DNA of 64,000 nt from Vicinamibacterales bacterium (GCA_965250185.1 OZ252293.1:1176329-1240328); one strand, 5' to 3'. Positions 45,363-54,047 are shown, numbered from the stretch's first letter. The notes: a model not told the origin generated them from the letters alone. A program made the numbers and translations.

Positions 45363-47015
45363 CTAGTCGCCCCAGACGATTCGGTCGCCCCAGACAATCC
45401 GGTCGCCCCAGACGATCCGGTCGCCCCAGACGATCCGGTCGCCCCAGACGATCCGGTCACCCCAGACGATCCGGTCGCCCCAGACGATCCGGTCACCCCA
45501 GACGATCCGGTCACCCCAGACGATCCGGTCACCCCAGACGATCCGGTCGCCCCAGATGTTCGAGTCGCCCGAGACGATCTGGTCGCCCCAGATGATCCGG
45601 TCACCCCAGACGATTCGGTCGCCCCAGATGATCCGGTCGCCCCAGATGTTTGCGTCGCCCCAAATCATCGCGTCGCCCCAGAGAATAGTGTTCCCCTCGA
45701 GCTCGATGTCGCCCCAGACGATCCGATCGGCCCGAAGGATGCTGGTCGGGTCGGAATCCTGAGACGAGCCGAAGACGATGCGGCCGGGGGTGACGATCTC
45801 GCCGGCGATCTCGGTCTCCGGCGGTGCCATGGTGGGACCGTTCAGCGCGACGGTGACGGCGGCGATCGCGTTGGCCAACCCCGCGCCTCCCTCGAGCAGA
45901 CCCACGCCCGGAATCGGCGAGGCGCTCAGCTGGAGCGCTGCCTTGACCTGTGCCGGCGTGAGCGACGGGTTCGCCTCCAGCATCAGGGCGGCGATGCCTG
46001 AGACCACGCCGGTCGACATGCTCGTGCCGCTCATCTGGATGTAGGCGTGTTGGCCTTGCCCGGAGACGTGCAGTTGGGGGTACTCCTTCGCGATCGTCGA
46101 GCCTGGCGCCTCCGCCGAGGTGACCTTGTTGCCCGGCGCGAGCAGGTCGGGCTTGAGCAGTCCGTCGATCCAGGTCGGCCCGACCGAGCTGTACGACGTG
46201 ATGACGTCGTCGGAGCGCGCTGCCGTCTCTTTGGAGTTACTGGCGCCCACCGTGATGGCGGCCGGTGAGTTGCCGGGCGAGTCGATGCCGCCGACGACCG
46301 GGCGCCCTTCGGCGTCCTTGCCGTTATTGCCGGCCGAGGCGACGACCACGAGGCCGGCGGAGACGGCGCGCTCGACGGCCTCGCACAGTGGGTCGTCGCG
46401 GAACGACTGCAGTACCGGGGCGCCGAGAGAGATATTGATGACCCGGACGCCGTATCGTCCGCCGTTCTCGATCACCCAGTCGATGGCTTCACTCATGTGA
46501 CCCACGCCGTCGGCGTCGAGGACACGGATGCTGACCAGGTGGGCACCCGGCGCGGTGGCTGCCACGATGCCGGCCACGTGCGTCCCGTGCCCGAAGCCGT
46601 CGTGGCGTCCGGCCGGGCGGCCGCTCGAGTCGACGTAGGCCACGACCCGGCCCTTCAGGTCGCGATGCTGACCGATGCCCGAGTCGATCACGGCGATTCC
46701 GACCCCGCGCCCGGTGGTCCGGCCGAGGTCGCCGAGGCCGTTCCAGATCGGCTCGGCCCCGATCGCACCGATCGTCGTGTCCAGCGAGGCTTGCACGATG
46801 AGGTCGGTCGACAGGTGATCGTTCGTCGGGTCGTCGGCGAGGCCTTCGAGCGCCAGGCTGTCCGCCTCGAGCACGGCGCCGTTTCGAAGCAGCCGTTTGA
46901 TCGTCGCCCCGTGGCGCCTGGCGAGTGCCTGGATTCGATCGGGACTGCCGTGAACGATCAACCGGCTGGTCGCGTCGGAGCGCGCTTCGATCTTCTGGCG
47001 CAGATCCTCCGACAT
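45363..47015 (-). CDS. Subtilisin-like serine peptidase (S8) with an I9-like propeptide and a C-terminal tandem hexapeptide (xIxWGD) repeat region
   Basis: The catalytic triad contexts are VIDSGI (Asp), GHGTHVAG (His) and SGTSMSTG (Ser). The tail has about 19 hexapeptide repeats. The conservative start is ATG 47015. The true start may be ATG 47134 in another frame (see findings). Confidence 0.8.
   Translation of the reverse strand: MSEDLRQKIEARSDATSRLIVHGSPDRIQALARRHGATIKRLLRNGAVLEADSLALEGLADDPTNDHLSTDLIVQASLDTTIGAIGAEPIWNGLGDLGRTTGRGVGIAVIDSGIGQHRDLKGRVVAYVDSSGRPAGRHDGFGHGTHVAGIVAATAPGAHLVSIRVLDADGVGHMSEAIDWVIENGGRYGVRVINISLGAPVLQSFRDDPLCEAVERAVSAGLVVVASAGNNGKDAEGRPVVGGIDSPGNSPAAITVGASNSKETAARSDDVITSYSSVGPTWIDGLLKPDLLAPGNKVTSAEAPGSTIAKEYPQLHVSGQGQHAYIQMSGTSMSTGVVSGIAALMLEANPSLTPAQVKAALQLSASPIPGVGLLEGGAGLANAIAAVTVALNGPTMAPPETEIAGEIVTPGRIVFGSSQDSDPTSILRADRIVWGDIELEGNTILWGDAMIWGDANIWGDRIIWGDRIVWGDRIIWGDQIVSGDSNIWGDRIVWGDRIVWGDRIVWGDRIVWGDRIVWGDRIVWGDRIVWGDRIVWGDRIVWGDRIVWGD
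45366..45725 (-). repeat. Tandem 18-nt repeat array (about 19 units) encoding RIVWGD-type hexapeptides
   Basis: The unit is GTCGCCCCAGACGATCCG on the plus strand. The 10 stop-proximal units (45366-45545) differ only at 1-2 synonymous positions each. Units become more divergent toward the catalytic domain. Confidence 0.95.
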
Positions 47016-47240
47016 GCGCGCTCGACGTGGTTTGCCGTCGAGCGGTGGGGCGAGGAGACGGCGAGCGCTACGGCCGTCCCGATGGTCCGGATCACGCGTG
47101 ACATCGAGCGTGCGCCGATTGGTGATCGCGACATTTTCTTTGACTCCTCTGGCCTTCCTGGCCGACGAAGAACCGCGTGCCGGTCGAGCCTCCTGCCAGC
47201 CCGAGAACTGCACCGAAACGTTGATTCGACCGACACATAG

Positions 47241-47255
47241 GCATGAGCGGTGCCA
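47241..47255 (-). promoter_or_regulatory. Sigma-54-type -24/-12 promoter candidate upstream of the S8 peptidase gene
   Basis: The minus strand reads TGGCAC-CGCTC-ATGC. This gives exact GG-N10-GC spacing and a perfect -24 hexamer TGGCAC. A bEBP gene lies immediately downstream of the S8 gene. Confidence 0.5.
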
Positions 47256-47456
47256 TCGCATTTCCTGCAACTGAGCGTGTGCAGAATGAGTGCAGGAAGT
47301 GCCACGTCATGACACCAGGACGCCGATCTGCTCGGACGAGGAGCTTGACAACGTCTCGCGGCTCGCGAGGGGAGGCCAGCCGATTGGCCGGTTTTCGGCC
47401 GGGCGCGCATCAAGACGTCGCTGGGCGGTCTTCGGCGCCGACTCAGGGACGATTCC

Positions 47457-49247
47457 TTGCAAAGGCCAAAGCGTTGGCCGGTGGGTGATATTTTGTCTGA
47501 GCTTCGTAAGTATCTGATTGCTTTGGGGGTTATCGCGATTCTCGCGTTTACCGGCTTCGCGGTCTGGCACCCGTGGGCGTCGCCGATCACCACCGAGCGA
47601 CCATCGGCATCCACGATCGACCATGGCGGGACGTTGACGGCGTCAGTCCGCGCGGAGCCGCGAAGCTTCAACCGCTACGTTGCCCACGACTCCACCTCGG
47701 AACTGGTGAGTCTGCTCACGCACGGCAAGTTGATCAGGATCAACAAGCAGACCCAGGAATGGGAACCCTGGCTGGCGGAGCGGGTGGACGCCTCGCCCGA
47801 TGGGCTGATGTACACCCTGGCGCTACGCGAGGACGTGACGTTCTCGGACGGTACGCCGATGACCTCGGCCGACGTCCTGTTCTCGTTCCGGGCCGTGTAC
47901 GACGCGGAGACGGGCAGCCCGCTGGCGGACACGCTTCGAATCGACGGTCAGCCGCTCACGGTGACGGCCCCGGACGCACACACGGTGATCATTCGCTTTC
48001 CGACCCGTTCTGGACCGGGGCCGCGTCTTCTCGACAACCTACCGATCCTGCCGAGGCACCTGCTCGAGTCGGCGCTGGAGGCGGGTGAGTTCCGGTCGGC
48101 GTGGAGCCTGACGACGGCGCCGTCGGAGCTGGCGGGGCTCGGACCGTTCGTCCTGACCGAATACGCGGCGGGGCAGCGAATCGTGTTCGGGCGTAACCCG
48201 AACTACTGGCGACGCGACGAGTCGGGCCGGGCGCTGCCGTATCTCGCTCGCCTCGTCCTGGAGATCGTGCCGGAGCAGAATGCCGAGATCCTTCGGCTCG
48301 AGTCTGGCGACGTCGACTTGATCGCGAGCGAGATCCGAGCGGAGGATTATCTCGCTGTGAATCGAGCGGCGGAAGACGGTCGGCTGCGGCTCGTCGATCT
48401 CGGGGTGGGGCTCGATCCCAGCCTGTTGTGGTTCAACCTGGATCCGGACAGCAAGGCGACCGACCCGCGACGATCCTGGCTCCAGTCGCGCGAGCTGCGC
48501 CGCGCGATCTCGGCCGCCGTCGACCGGGCGTCGTTCGCCGACACGGTGTTCCTCGGCGCCGGCGTGCCAGTGTTCGGACCGATCACGCCCGCCAATCGTC
48601 AGTGGTTCTCCTCGTCCGTGCCGATCGATCGGTTCGACCCGGCGCGTGCCCGTTCACTGCTGCGGCACGTGGGGCTCGAGGATCGCGATCGGGACGGCGC
48701 GCTCGAGGACGGGTCCGGGAGTCCGGTTCGGTTCTCTCTGCTCACTCAGAAGGGGCACACGGCACGCGAGCGAGGCGCGGCCGTGTTGCAGCAGGATCTG
48801 GGCGCGCTCGGCATCCAGGTCGACATCGTGGCACTCGAGCCTGGCGCGCTGTTCGATCGCTACGTGCGGGCCGACTACGACGCCATCTACTTCGGCATGC
48901 TGGCCAGCGATACTGACCCGGCCGTCAACCTCGACTTCTGGCTGAGCTCGGGGTCGTTCCACGTCTGGCATCCGGGCCAGGAGGCTCCGGCGACCGAGTG
49001 GGAGCGCCGGATCGACGAGCTGATGCTGGAGCAGGCGGCGACCGTCGATCGGCCCGAGCGTCAGCGTCTCTTCGAGGAGGTCCAGATGATTTTCGCTCGT
49101 GAACTTCCCGCGATCTACTTCGTGGCGCCCCGGGTGTTCGTGGCGATGAGCAACCGCGTCGCGAATGCGACGGCGGTCGTACTGCGGCCCCAGGTGTTGT
49201 GGGATGCCGAGCGCCTTACCGCGACCGGATCGGTGGCGTCCAACTGA
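47457..49247 (+). CDS. ABC transporter substrate-binding protein, family 5 (peptide/nickel, DppA/OppA-like)
   Basis: There is a TM/signal anchor (LIALGVIAILAFTGFAVW). Family-5-like segments include FGRNPNYWRRDESGRALPYLARLVLEIVPEQNAEILRLESGDVDLI. The start is uncertain: TTG 47457, or a GTG or TTG a few codons downstream. Confidence 0.8.
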   Translation: MQRPKRWPVGDILSELRKYLIALGVIAILAFTGFAVWHPWASPITTERPSASTIDHGGTLTASVRAEPRSFNRYVAHDSTSELVSLLTHGKLIRINKQTQEWEPWLAERVDASPDGLMYTLALREDVTFSDGTPMTSADVLFSFRAVYDAETGSPLADTLRIDGQPLTVTAPDAHTVIIRFPTRSGPGPRLLDNLPILPRHLLESALEAGEFRSAWSLTTAPSELAGLGPFVLTEYAAGQRIVFGRNPNYWRRDESGRALPYLARLVLEIVPEQNAEILRLESGDVDLIASEIRAEDYLAVNRAAEDGRLRLVDLGVGLDPSLLWFNLDPDSKATDPRRSWLQSRELRRAISAAVDRASFADTVFLGAGVPVFGPITPANRQWFSSSVPIDRFDPARARSLLRHVGLEDRDRDGALEDGSGSPVRFSLLTQKGHTARERGAAVLQQDLGALGIQVDIVALEPGALFDRYVRADYDAIYFGMLASDTDPAVNLDFWLSSGSFHVWHPGQEAPATEWERRIDELMLEQAATVDRPERQRLFEEVQMIFARELPAIYFVAPRVFVAMSNRVANATAVVLRPQVLWDAERLTATGSVASN

Positions 49248-49280
49248 CGCGCGACGTGAGGTGTGTTCGGGTAATTTGAA

Positions 49281-50261
49281 ATGCGAGTCGACCTGATCCG
49301 GTGGCTCACGAGACGCGTCGCGTTCGCGATCGTGTTGGTGTACGTGCTGGCCTCCAGCGCGATGCTGCTGGCACGACTGGCTCCCGGGGATGCCACCTCG
49401 GAGCTGCTCGGCCGGGGGCTCAGCGAGGCGACGCTCGAGGCTGAGCGGGCTCGCTACGGACTGGACCAGTCTGTTCTCGAGCACTATCGCGAGTGGCTGG
49501 GTCGCGCGGCCCGTCTCGATCTGGGCACCTCGCTTCGATACGGCCGGCCGGTTGGTGAGCTCGTCGGAGAGCGGGCGGCCAACACGGCGATCCTGGCGGC
49601 CAGCGCGCTCATCCTCGCCACTCTCGTTGGCGTTCCCCTCGGCGTCGTGTCCGGCAGCCGGCGCGGCACGCGCCTCGCCGCGCTGATCGGCAACGCGTCC
49701 ACGGTGAGCATCTCGCTCCCGCCGTTACTGCTGTCGCTGGGGCTGGCGTTCCTGGCGGTACGGACGGGCTGGTTTCCCGTGGGCGGAATGATCGCGGCCA
49801 GCGCGGCCGAGAGCGGGGCGGCCAGTCGAGCGTTCGACGTGCTCTGGCACCTCGTCCTGCCGTCCGTCGCCCTCGCACTCCCGTTGGCGGCGACCCTCGA
49901 GCGCATTCAATCGCAGGCGATGGAGGAGGTGCTGGGCGAGCCGTTCATGCGTTGTGCCGCTAGCCGCGGGTTGCCCCGATCGCGGCTGATCTGGCGGCAC
50001 GCTCTGCGCGCGTCCAGTCGACCGGTGCTGGCGGTCTACGGGATCATCGTGGGCAGCCTCCTGAGCGGCTCGTTCGCCGTGGAGATCGTCATGGCCTGGC
50101 CGGGCCTCGGCCGACTCACGTACGACGCGCTGCTGGCTCGCGACGTGCACCTCGTGGCCGGCTGCGCGGCTGCCGGCGCGCTGTTCGTGACCGCCGGCGT
50201 ACTCGGCTCCGACGTCGTCGCGTGGGTCGCGGACCCGCGGGCACGCGAGGCGGCTGCGTGA
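49281..50261 (+). CDS. ABC transporter permease (DppB/OppB-like)
   Basis: The N-terminus is LIRWLTRRVAFAIVLVYVLASSAMLLARLAPGD, with 6 predicted TM spans. The gene follows the SBP gene. Confidence 0.8.
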   Translation: MRVDLIRWLTRRVAFAIVLVYVLASSAMLLARLAPGDATSELLGRGLSEATLEAERARYGLDQSVLEHYREWLGRAARLDLGTSLRYGRPVGELVGERAANTAILAASALILATLVGVPLGVVSGSRRGTRLAALIGNASTVSISLPPLLLSLGLAFLAVRTGWFPVGGMIAASAAESGAASRAFDVLWHLVLPSVALALPLAATLERIQSQAMEEVLGEPFMRCAASRGLPRSRLIWRHALRASSRPVLAVYGIIVGSLLSGSFAVEIVMAWPGLGRLTYDALLARDVHLVAGCAAAGALFVTAGVLGSDVVAWVADPRAREAAA

Positions 50262-51376
50262 TCCCGCCGTGTGTGCGGCGGTTCGGTCCGATGCGATCGG
50301 TTGGCGCGGTGCTCGTCGGGTCCGTGCTGCTGGCGGCGGTCCTCGGTCCAGCGATCGAGCCGAACGACACGGGCCACCAGCACCGAGACTTCGTATTTGC
50401 GCCTCCGATGCGAATCCATGTCGTCGACGCCGAGGGTGGGTGGCACGCGCCTTACGTCCACGCGATGCGCCTGCAGGATCGGCTGGAGCGCCGATACGAG
50501 GAGGATCCGTCGGCACGTCTGACCCTGGAGTGGTTCTCCGGTCGCAGACTCGTTCGCCTGGCAGGATCCCAGCCGCTCCTGCTGCTGGGCGGGGACAGCC
50601 TGGGACGCGACATATTCTCCCGGCTGGTCGACGGGACTCGGTGGTCGCTGGGCGTCGCGGCGGTCGCGGTACTGGGCGCTCTACTCATTGGCGGGCTGAT
50701 CGGCGGCATCGCCGGTTACGCCGGCGGCTTGGTCGACGAGATTCTGATGCGTGGCGCCGACTTCGTGGTCGTGCTCCCCACCATCTACGTCGTGCTGGCC
50801 CTGAGGGCCCTGATGCCACTGGTGCTGTCGGCCGGGGTGGTCTTCGCACTCATCGGTGTACTCCTGTCTCTGGTCGGCTGGCCGTGGGTTGCGCGGGGCG
50901 TGCGATCGATCGTGGCAAGCGAAGCGGGCCTCGAGTACGCGGCGGCGGCGCGGTCGCTCGGGGCGGGACACGTAAGGCTGCTGATGTACCATCTGCTCCC
51001 TGCGTCGCGCGGCTTCCTGATCGTACAGGCGACGCTGCTGCTTCCTGCCTTCGTGCTCGCCGAAGCGACGCTGTCGTACGTCGGGCTCGGATTTCCGGAG
51101 CCGACGCCCAGCTGGGGAGCGATGCTCCGCGACACGGCCAACGTACGGGCCATGGCCGATTTCCCGTGGCTTCTGGCTCCCGCCGTCGCCATCGTGACGT
51201 TCGTGATGGGCGTCAACATGCTGACCCGGTCGACGAGCGGAGCCGGCCCGATCCTCGGCAGACCGTCGGCGACCGTGCGTCCTGCCGCGAGCGGCCCGAA
51301 TCGACGTGCCGCCCCGGCGAGTCGGCAGCCCGCGCCTGATACGGCCTGCGATCATCTCGATCGTACGGCCGCCTAG
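50258..51376 (+). CDS. ABC transporter permease (DppC/OppC-like)
   Basis: A GTGA overlap with the upstream stop gives the start; ATG 50291 is an alternative. DSLGRDIFSRLV is typical of DppC-type permeases, and an EAA-loop-like segment AAARSLGAGHVRLLMYHLLP is present. Confidence 0.75.
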   Translation: MIPPCVRRFGPMRSVGAVLVGSVLLAAVLGPAIEPNDTGHQHRDFVFAPPMRIHVVDAEGGWHAPYVHAMRLQDRLERRYEEDPSARLTLEWFSGRRLVRLAGSQPLLLLGGDSLGRDIFSRLVDGTRWSLGVAAVAVLGALLIGGLIGGIAGYAGGLVDEILMRGADFVVVLPTIYVVLALRALMPLVLSAGVVFALIGVLLSLVGWPWVARGVRSIVASEAGLEYAAAARSLGAGHVRLLMYHLLPASRGFLIVQATLLLPAFVLAEATLSYVGLGFPEPTPSWGAMLRDTANVRAMADFPWLLAPAVAIVTFVMGVNMLTRSTSGAGPILGRPSATVRPAASGPNRRAAPASRQPAPDTACDHLDRTAA

Positions 51377-51414
51377 CTTCTTGACAGGTCGCGGACGGGC
51401 TCTGAGAATGGGCC

Positions 51415-52305
51415 ATGGATCTCAGCGGCGTACTGCCTCCCATCACGACACCCTTCCTTGACGACGCGATCGACGGCGAGGCACTTCGGCGCAACGTGGA
51501 GCGCTGGCTGCAGGCTGGAGTGTCGGGTCTCGTCGTGCTTGGCACGAATGGTGAGGCCGCGCTGCTCAACGATGACGAGGCGGATCGGGTGGTCGGGATC
51601 GTCCGAGACCACACGCCTCGAGAGCGCCTGCTGATCGCCGGTACGGCGCGCGAGTCGACGACGGGCACGATCGGCGCGACGCGCCGCGCCGCGGCCATCG
51701 GTGTCGACGCGGTGCTGGTGCGGACGCCCTCCTATTTCAAGAGCGACATGACCAGCACGGTCCTGGTCGATCACTATCGGGCCGTCGCCGACGCGTCGCC
51801 GGTACCGGTGCTGCTCTACAACTACCCGAGCGTGACAGGGGTGAACCTCCTGCCGTCTACCGTCGCAGAGTTGTCCAACCATCCGAACATCGCAGGCATC
51901 AAGGAGTCCGGTGGCGACGTGGCGCAGATCGCAGCCCTGATCAATTCGACCCCGGACGACTTTCGCGTCGTCGTCGGTGCGGCGCCGTCGTTCTACCCCA
52001 GTCTGTGCGTAGGGGCTGCCGGGGGGATACTTGCCCTCGCTTGTGTGGTGCCCGAGGCGTGTCTCCAGCTGTTTCGGCTCGTGGCGGCCGGCCTGCATCC
52101 AAAGGCCCGGCTGCTCCAGCGTCAGCTCACACCCCTTGCCCGGCTGGTCGGATCGCGGTTCGGCGTCCCAGGGCTCAAGGCGGCGATGGATGTGGCCGGG
52201 TTCGTGGGTGGCGACCCGCGGCCGCCACTGCGGCGCATCCCGGCGACCGCGGTCGAAGAGATGCGGACGGAGATCGGACGATTGTCCGGATTGGAGCTGG
52301 CATGA
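51415..52305 (+). CDS. DapA-family class I aldolase, closest by memory to 4-hydroxy-2-oxoglutarate aldolase (HOGA1-like)
   Basis: Supporting segments are PPITTPF, LGTNGEAALL and HPNIAGIKESGGD (Schiff-base lysine context). The C-terminus has RFGVPGLKAAMDVAGFVGGDPRPPL. Confidence 0.75.
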   Translation: MDLSGVLPPITTPFLDDAIDGEALRRNVERWLQAGVSGLVVLGTNGEAALLNDDEADRVVGIVRDHTPRERLLIAGTARESTTGTIGATRRAAAIGVDAVLVRTPSYFKSDMTSTVLVDHYRAVADASPVPVLLYNYPSVTGVNLLPSTVAELSNHPNIAGIKESGGDVAQIAALINSTPDDFRVVVGAAPSFYPSLCVGAAGGILALACVVPEACLQLFRLVAAGLHPKARLLQRQLTPLARLVGSRFGVPGLKAAMDVAGFVGGDPRPPLRRIPATAVEEMRTEIGRLSGLELA

Positions 52306-53463
52306 CGAACATGACGAGTCGCTACCTGCTTGGGCCTGGACCCAGCCCAGTCTCGCCGAGGGTCATGGCGGCCATGGCCACACCGACGCTCGGCCACCTC
52401 GATCCGGTCTTCGTCCGCGTGCTCGACGATCTCCGAAGTCGGCTGGAGCGCGTGTTCAGGGTGGCCGACGACGGATTCACGTTCGCGGTATCGGGAACCG
52501 GTAGCGCCGGCCTGGAGGCGGCGGTCGCGAATCTGGTCGAACCCGGCACGCGGGTCGTGGCGGTGGTCTCCGGGTATTTCGGCGAGCGACTGGCCACGGT
52601 GTGCGAACGTCGCGGCGGCGTCGTGACGCGTGTGGAGGGCGAGTGGGGGCGAGCCTCCGACCCGGCTGCGGTGCGGCGAACCGTGGCCCAGCAGGGTGCC
52701 GACGTCGTCGCGGCCGTGCATGCCGAGACCTCGACCGGTGTGCTCCACCCCGTGGCGGAGATCGCCTCCATCGCTCGGGAGCATGGCGCGCTCACGATCG
52801 TGGATGCCGTGACGTCCCTGGCCGCCCATCCGATCGAGGTCGGCGCCTGGGGAATCGACGCCTGCTACAGCTGCAGCCAGAAGGGGATCGGCGCGCCGTC
52901 GGGCATGGCTCCGCTCACGTTCTCGAAGACGGCGATGGAGCGTCGGGTCGACCCGAGGAGCTTCTACCTGGACGTCGGTCTGCTGCAGGCCTACTGGGTG
53001 TCACGCAAGTATCACCACACCATCTCGGCGCCGCTGGTGAATGCTCTCCATGAGGCGCTGAAGGAGATAGAGGATGAGGGCCTCGAGGCGAGATGGGCGC
53101 GCCATGCAGCGCGGCACCGGATGCTGGTGGCGGGCCTCGGCGCGATGGGTCTCACGCTGCTGCCGCCCGAGCCTGAACGGCTGTGGTCCGTGAACGCGAT
53201 CCGGGTGCCGGAGGCAATCGACGAGGCGCAAGTCCGGCGACACTTGTTGGAACGCTACGACATCGAGATCGGCGCGGGCCTCGGGCCGCTGGCGGGCCAG
53301 ATCTGGAGGGTCGGTTTCATGGGGCTCGGGCGCGACCAGTCAACTCGTCTTGCTGTTTCTCGCCGCGCTCGAGGATGCCCTCGTCGCGCCGGGGTACGAC
53401 CTGACGCCGGGAGCCGGGACCGGGGCCGCCCTCGAGAACGCTCGCGCCTCGGCCACGCCGTGA
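52302..53463 (+). pseudogene. Class V aminotransferase (serine-pyruvate / alanine-glyoxylate aminotransferase-like) with a single-base frameshift near the 3' end (or an assembly indel)
   Basis: The ATGA start is coupled to the aldolase gene. SGTGSAGLEAAV and YSCSQKGIGAPSG (PLP lysine) are present. After ...IWRVGFMGLG the frame turns to junk and runs on to 53912. The +2 frame gives a normal C-terminus, ATSQLVLLFLAALEDALVAPGYDL...SATP, with stop at 53461-53463. Length is 3n+1. Confidence 0.8.
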
Positions 53464-53531
53464 TGCGCCTACGTCGAGAACCTCTGCCTGCGGCCTGCGG
53501 CCGGATCAGACTCGCGACCGAGGCCCCTCCC

Positions 53532-54047
53532 TTAATCGGCGGCAATCCGCCGGGCGCCGATCAGGCGTCGCGCCCAGTAGTCGACTCCGAGATCCTCGAT
53601 GCGCACGCGTCCGCCCGTGCTCGGAGCGTGAATGAAGCGTTGACCACCGAGGGAGATGGCCACGTGCGACGCGCCGCGTGCCACGGTCGAGAAGAAGAGC
53701 AGGTCGCCCGGCCGCACCCTACGTGGATCGAGAGAAACGCCGACCCGGTACTGCGCGGCTACCTCGCGAGGCAGCGCGACGCCGTGCTGGCGGTAGGCGA
53801 ACTGGACGAGACCGCTGCAGTCGAGTCCCGAACGGTCGCCCCCACCGAACTGGTACGGCGTGCCCAGCAGGTCGAGCGCCGTCCGGGCAACGGCATCACC
53901 GTCGACCAGTGACGCCCTGGCCGAGTCGATGGGCGTCGAGCGCCCGCCCGCGCGGGGAAAGGGGTCAGGCACGGGTCGACCGCCCGAGGCGCAGCCCGCG
54001 ATCAGTCCGGCCACGACCAGCCGCGTGAGCGTGGCGAGTACTCGCAT
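53532..54047 (-). CDS. NlpC/P60 peptidoglycan endopeptidase lipoprotein
   Basis: ORF 53532..55973 trimmed to ATG 54047. The lipobox is LIAGC. The catalytic Cys context is GLDCSGLVQFAY and the His context is SHVAISLGGQRFIHAPS. Confidence 0.85.
   Translation of the reverse strand: MRVLATLTRLVVAGLIAGCASGGRPVPDPFPRAGGRSTPIDSARASLVDGDAVARTALDLLGTPYQFGGGDRSGLDCSGLVQFAYRQHGVALPREVAAQYRVGVSLDPRRVRPGDLLFFSTVARGASHVAISLGGQRFIHAPSTGGRVRIEDLGVDYWARRLIGARRIAAD

Noticed and set aside
45366-45725. Possible CRISPR array, given the regular short repeats
   Set aside because: The units are directly abutting 18-mers with no spacers. They lie in frame inside a CDS, and there are no cas genes nearby.
45110-46001. 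ORFs 45110..45604 (-) with TGSSGA/TGSSGV repeats and 45237..46001 (+) with PDDPVA/PDDPVT repeats
   Set aside because: They are alternative-frame and antisense readings of the same 18-nt tandem array. Only the RIVWGD frame is contiguous with the S8 catalytic domain and ends at a stop right after the array.
47291-47304. Second TGGCAC on the minus strand (TGGCACTTCCTGCA) as a sigma-54 promoter
   Set aside because: The GG-to-GC spacing is two nucleotides too short for a -24/-12 promoter. The part of this sequence at 47291-47298 (TGCAGGAA) is the right arm of the 8-bp inverted repeat noted in the findings.
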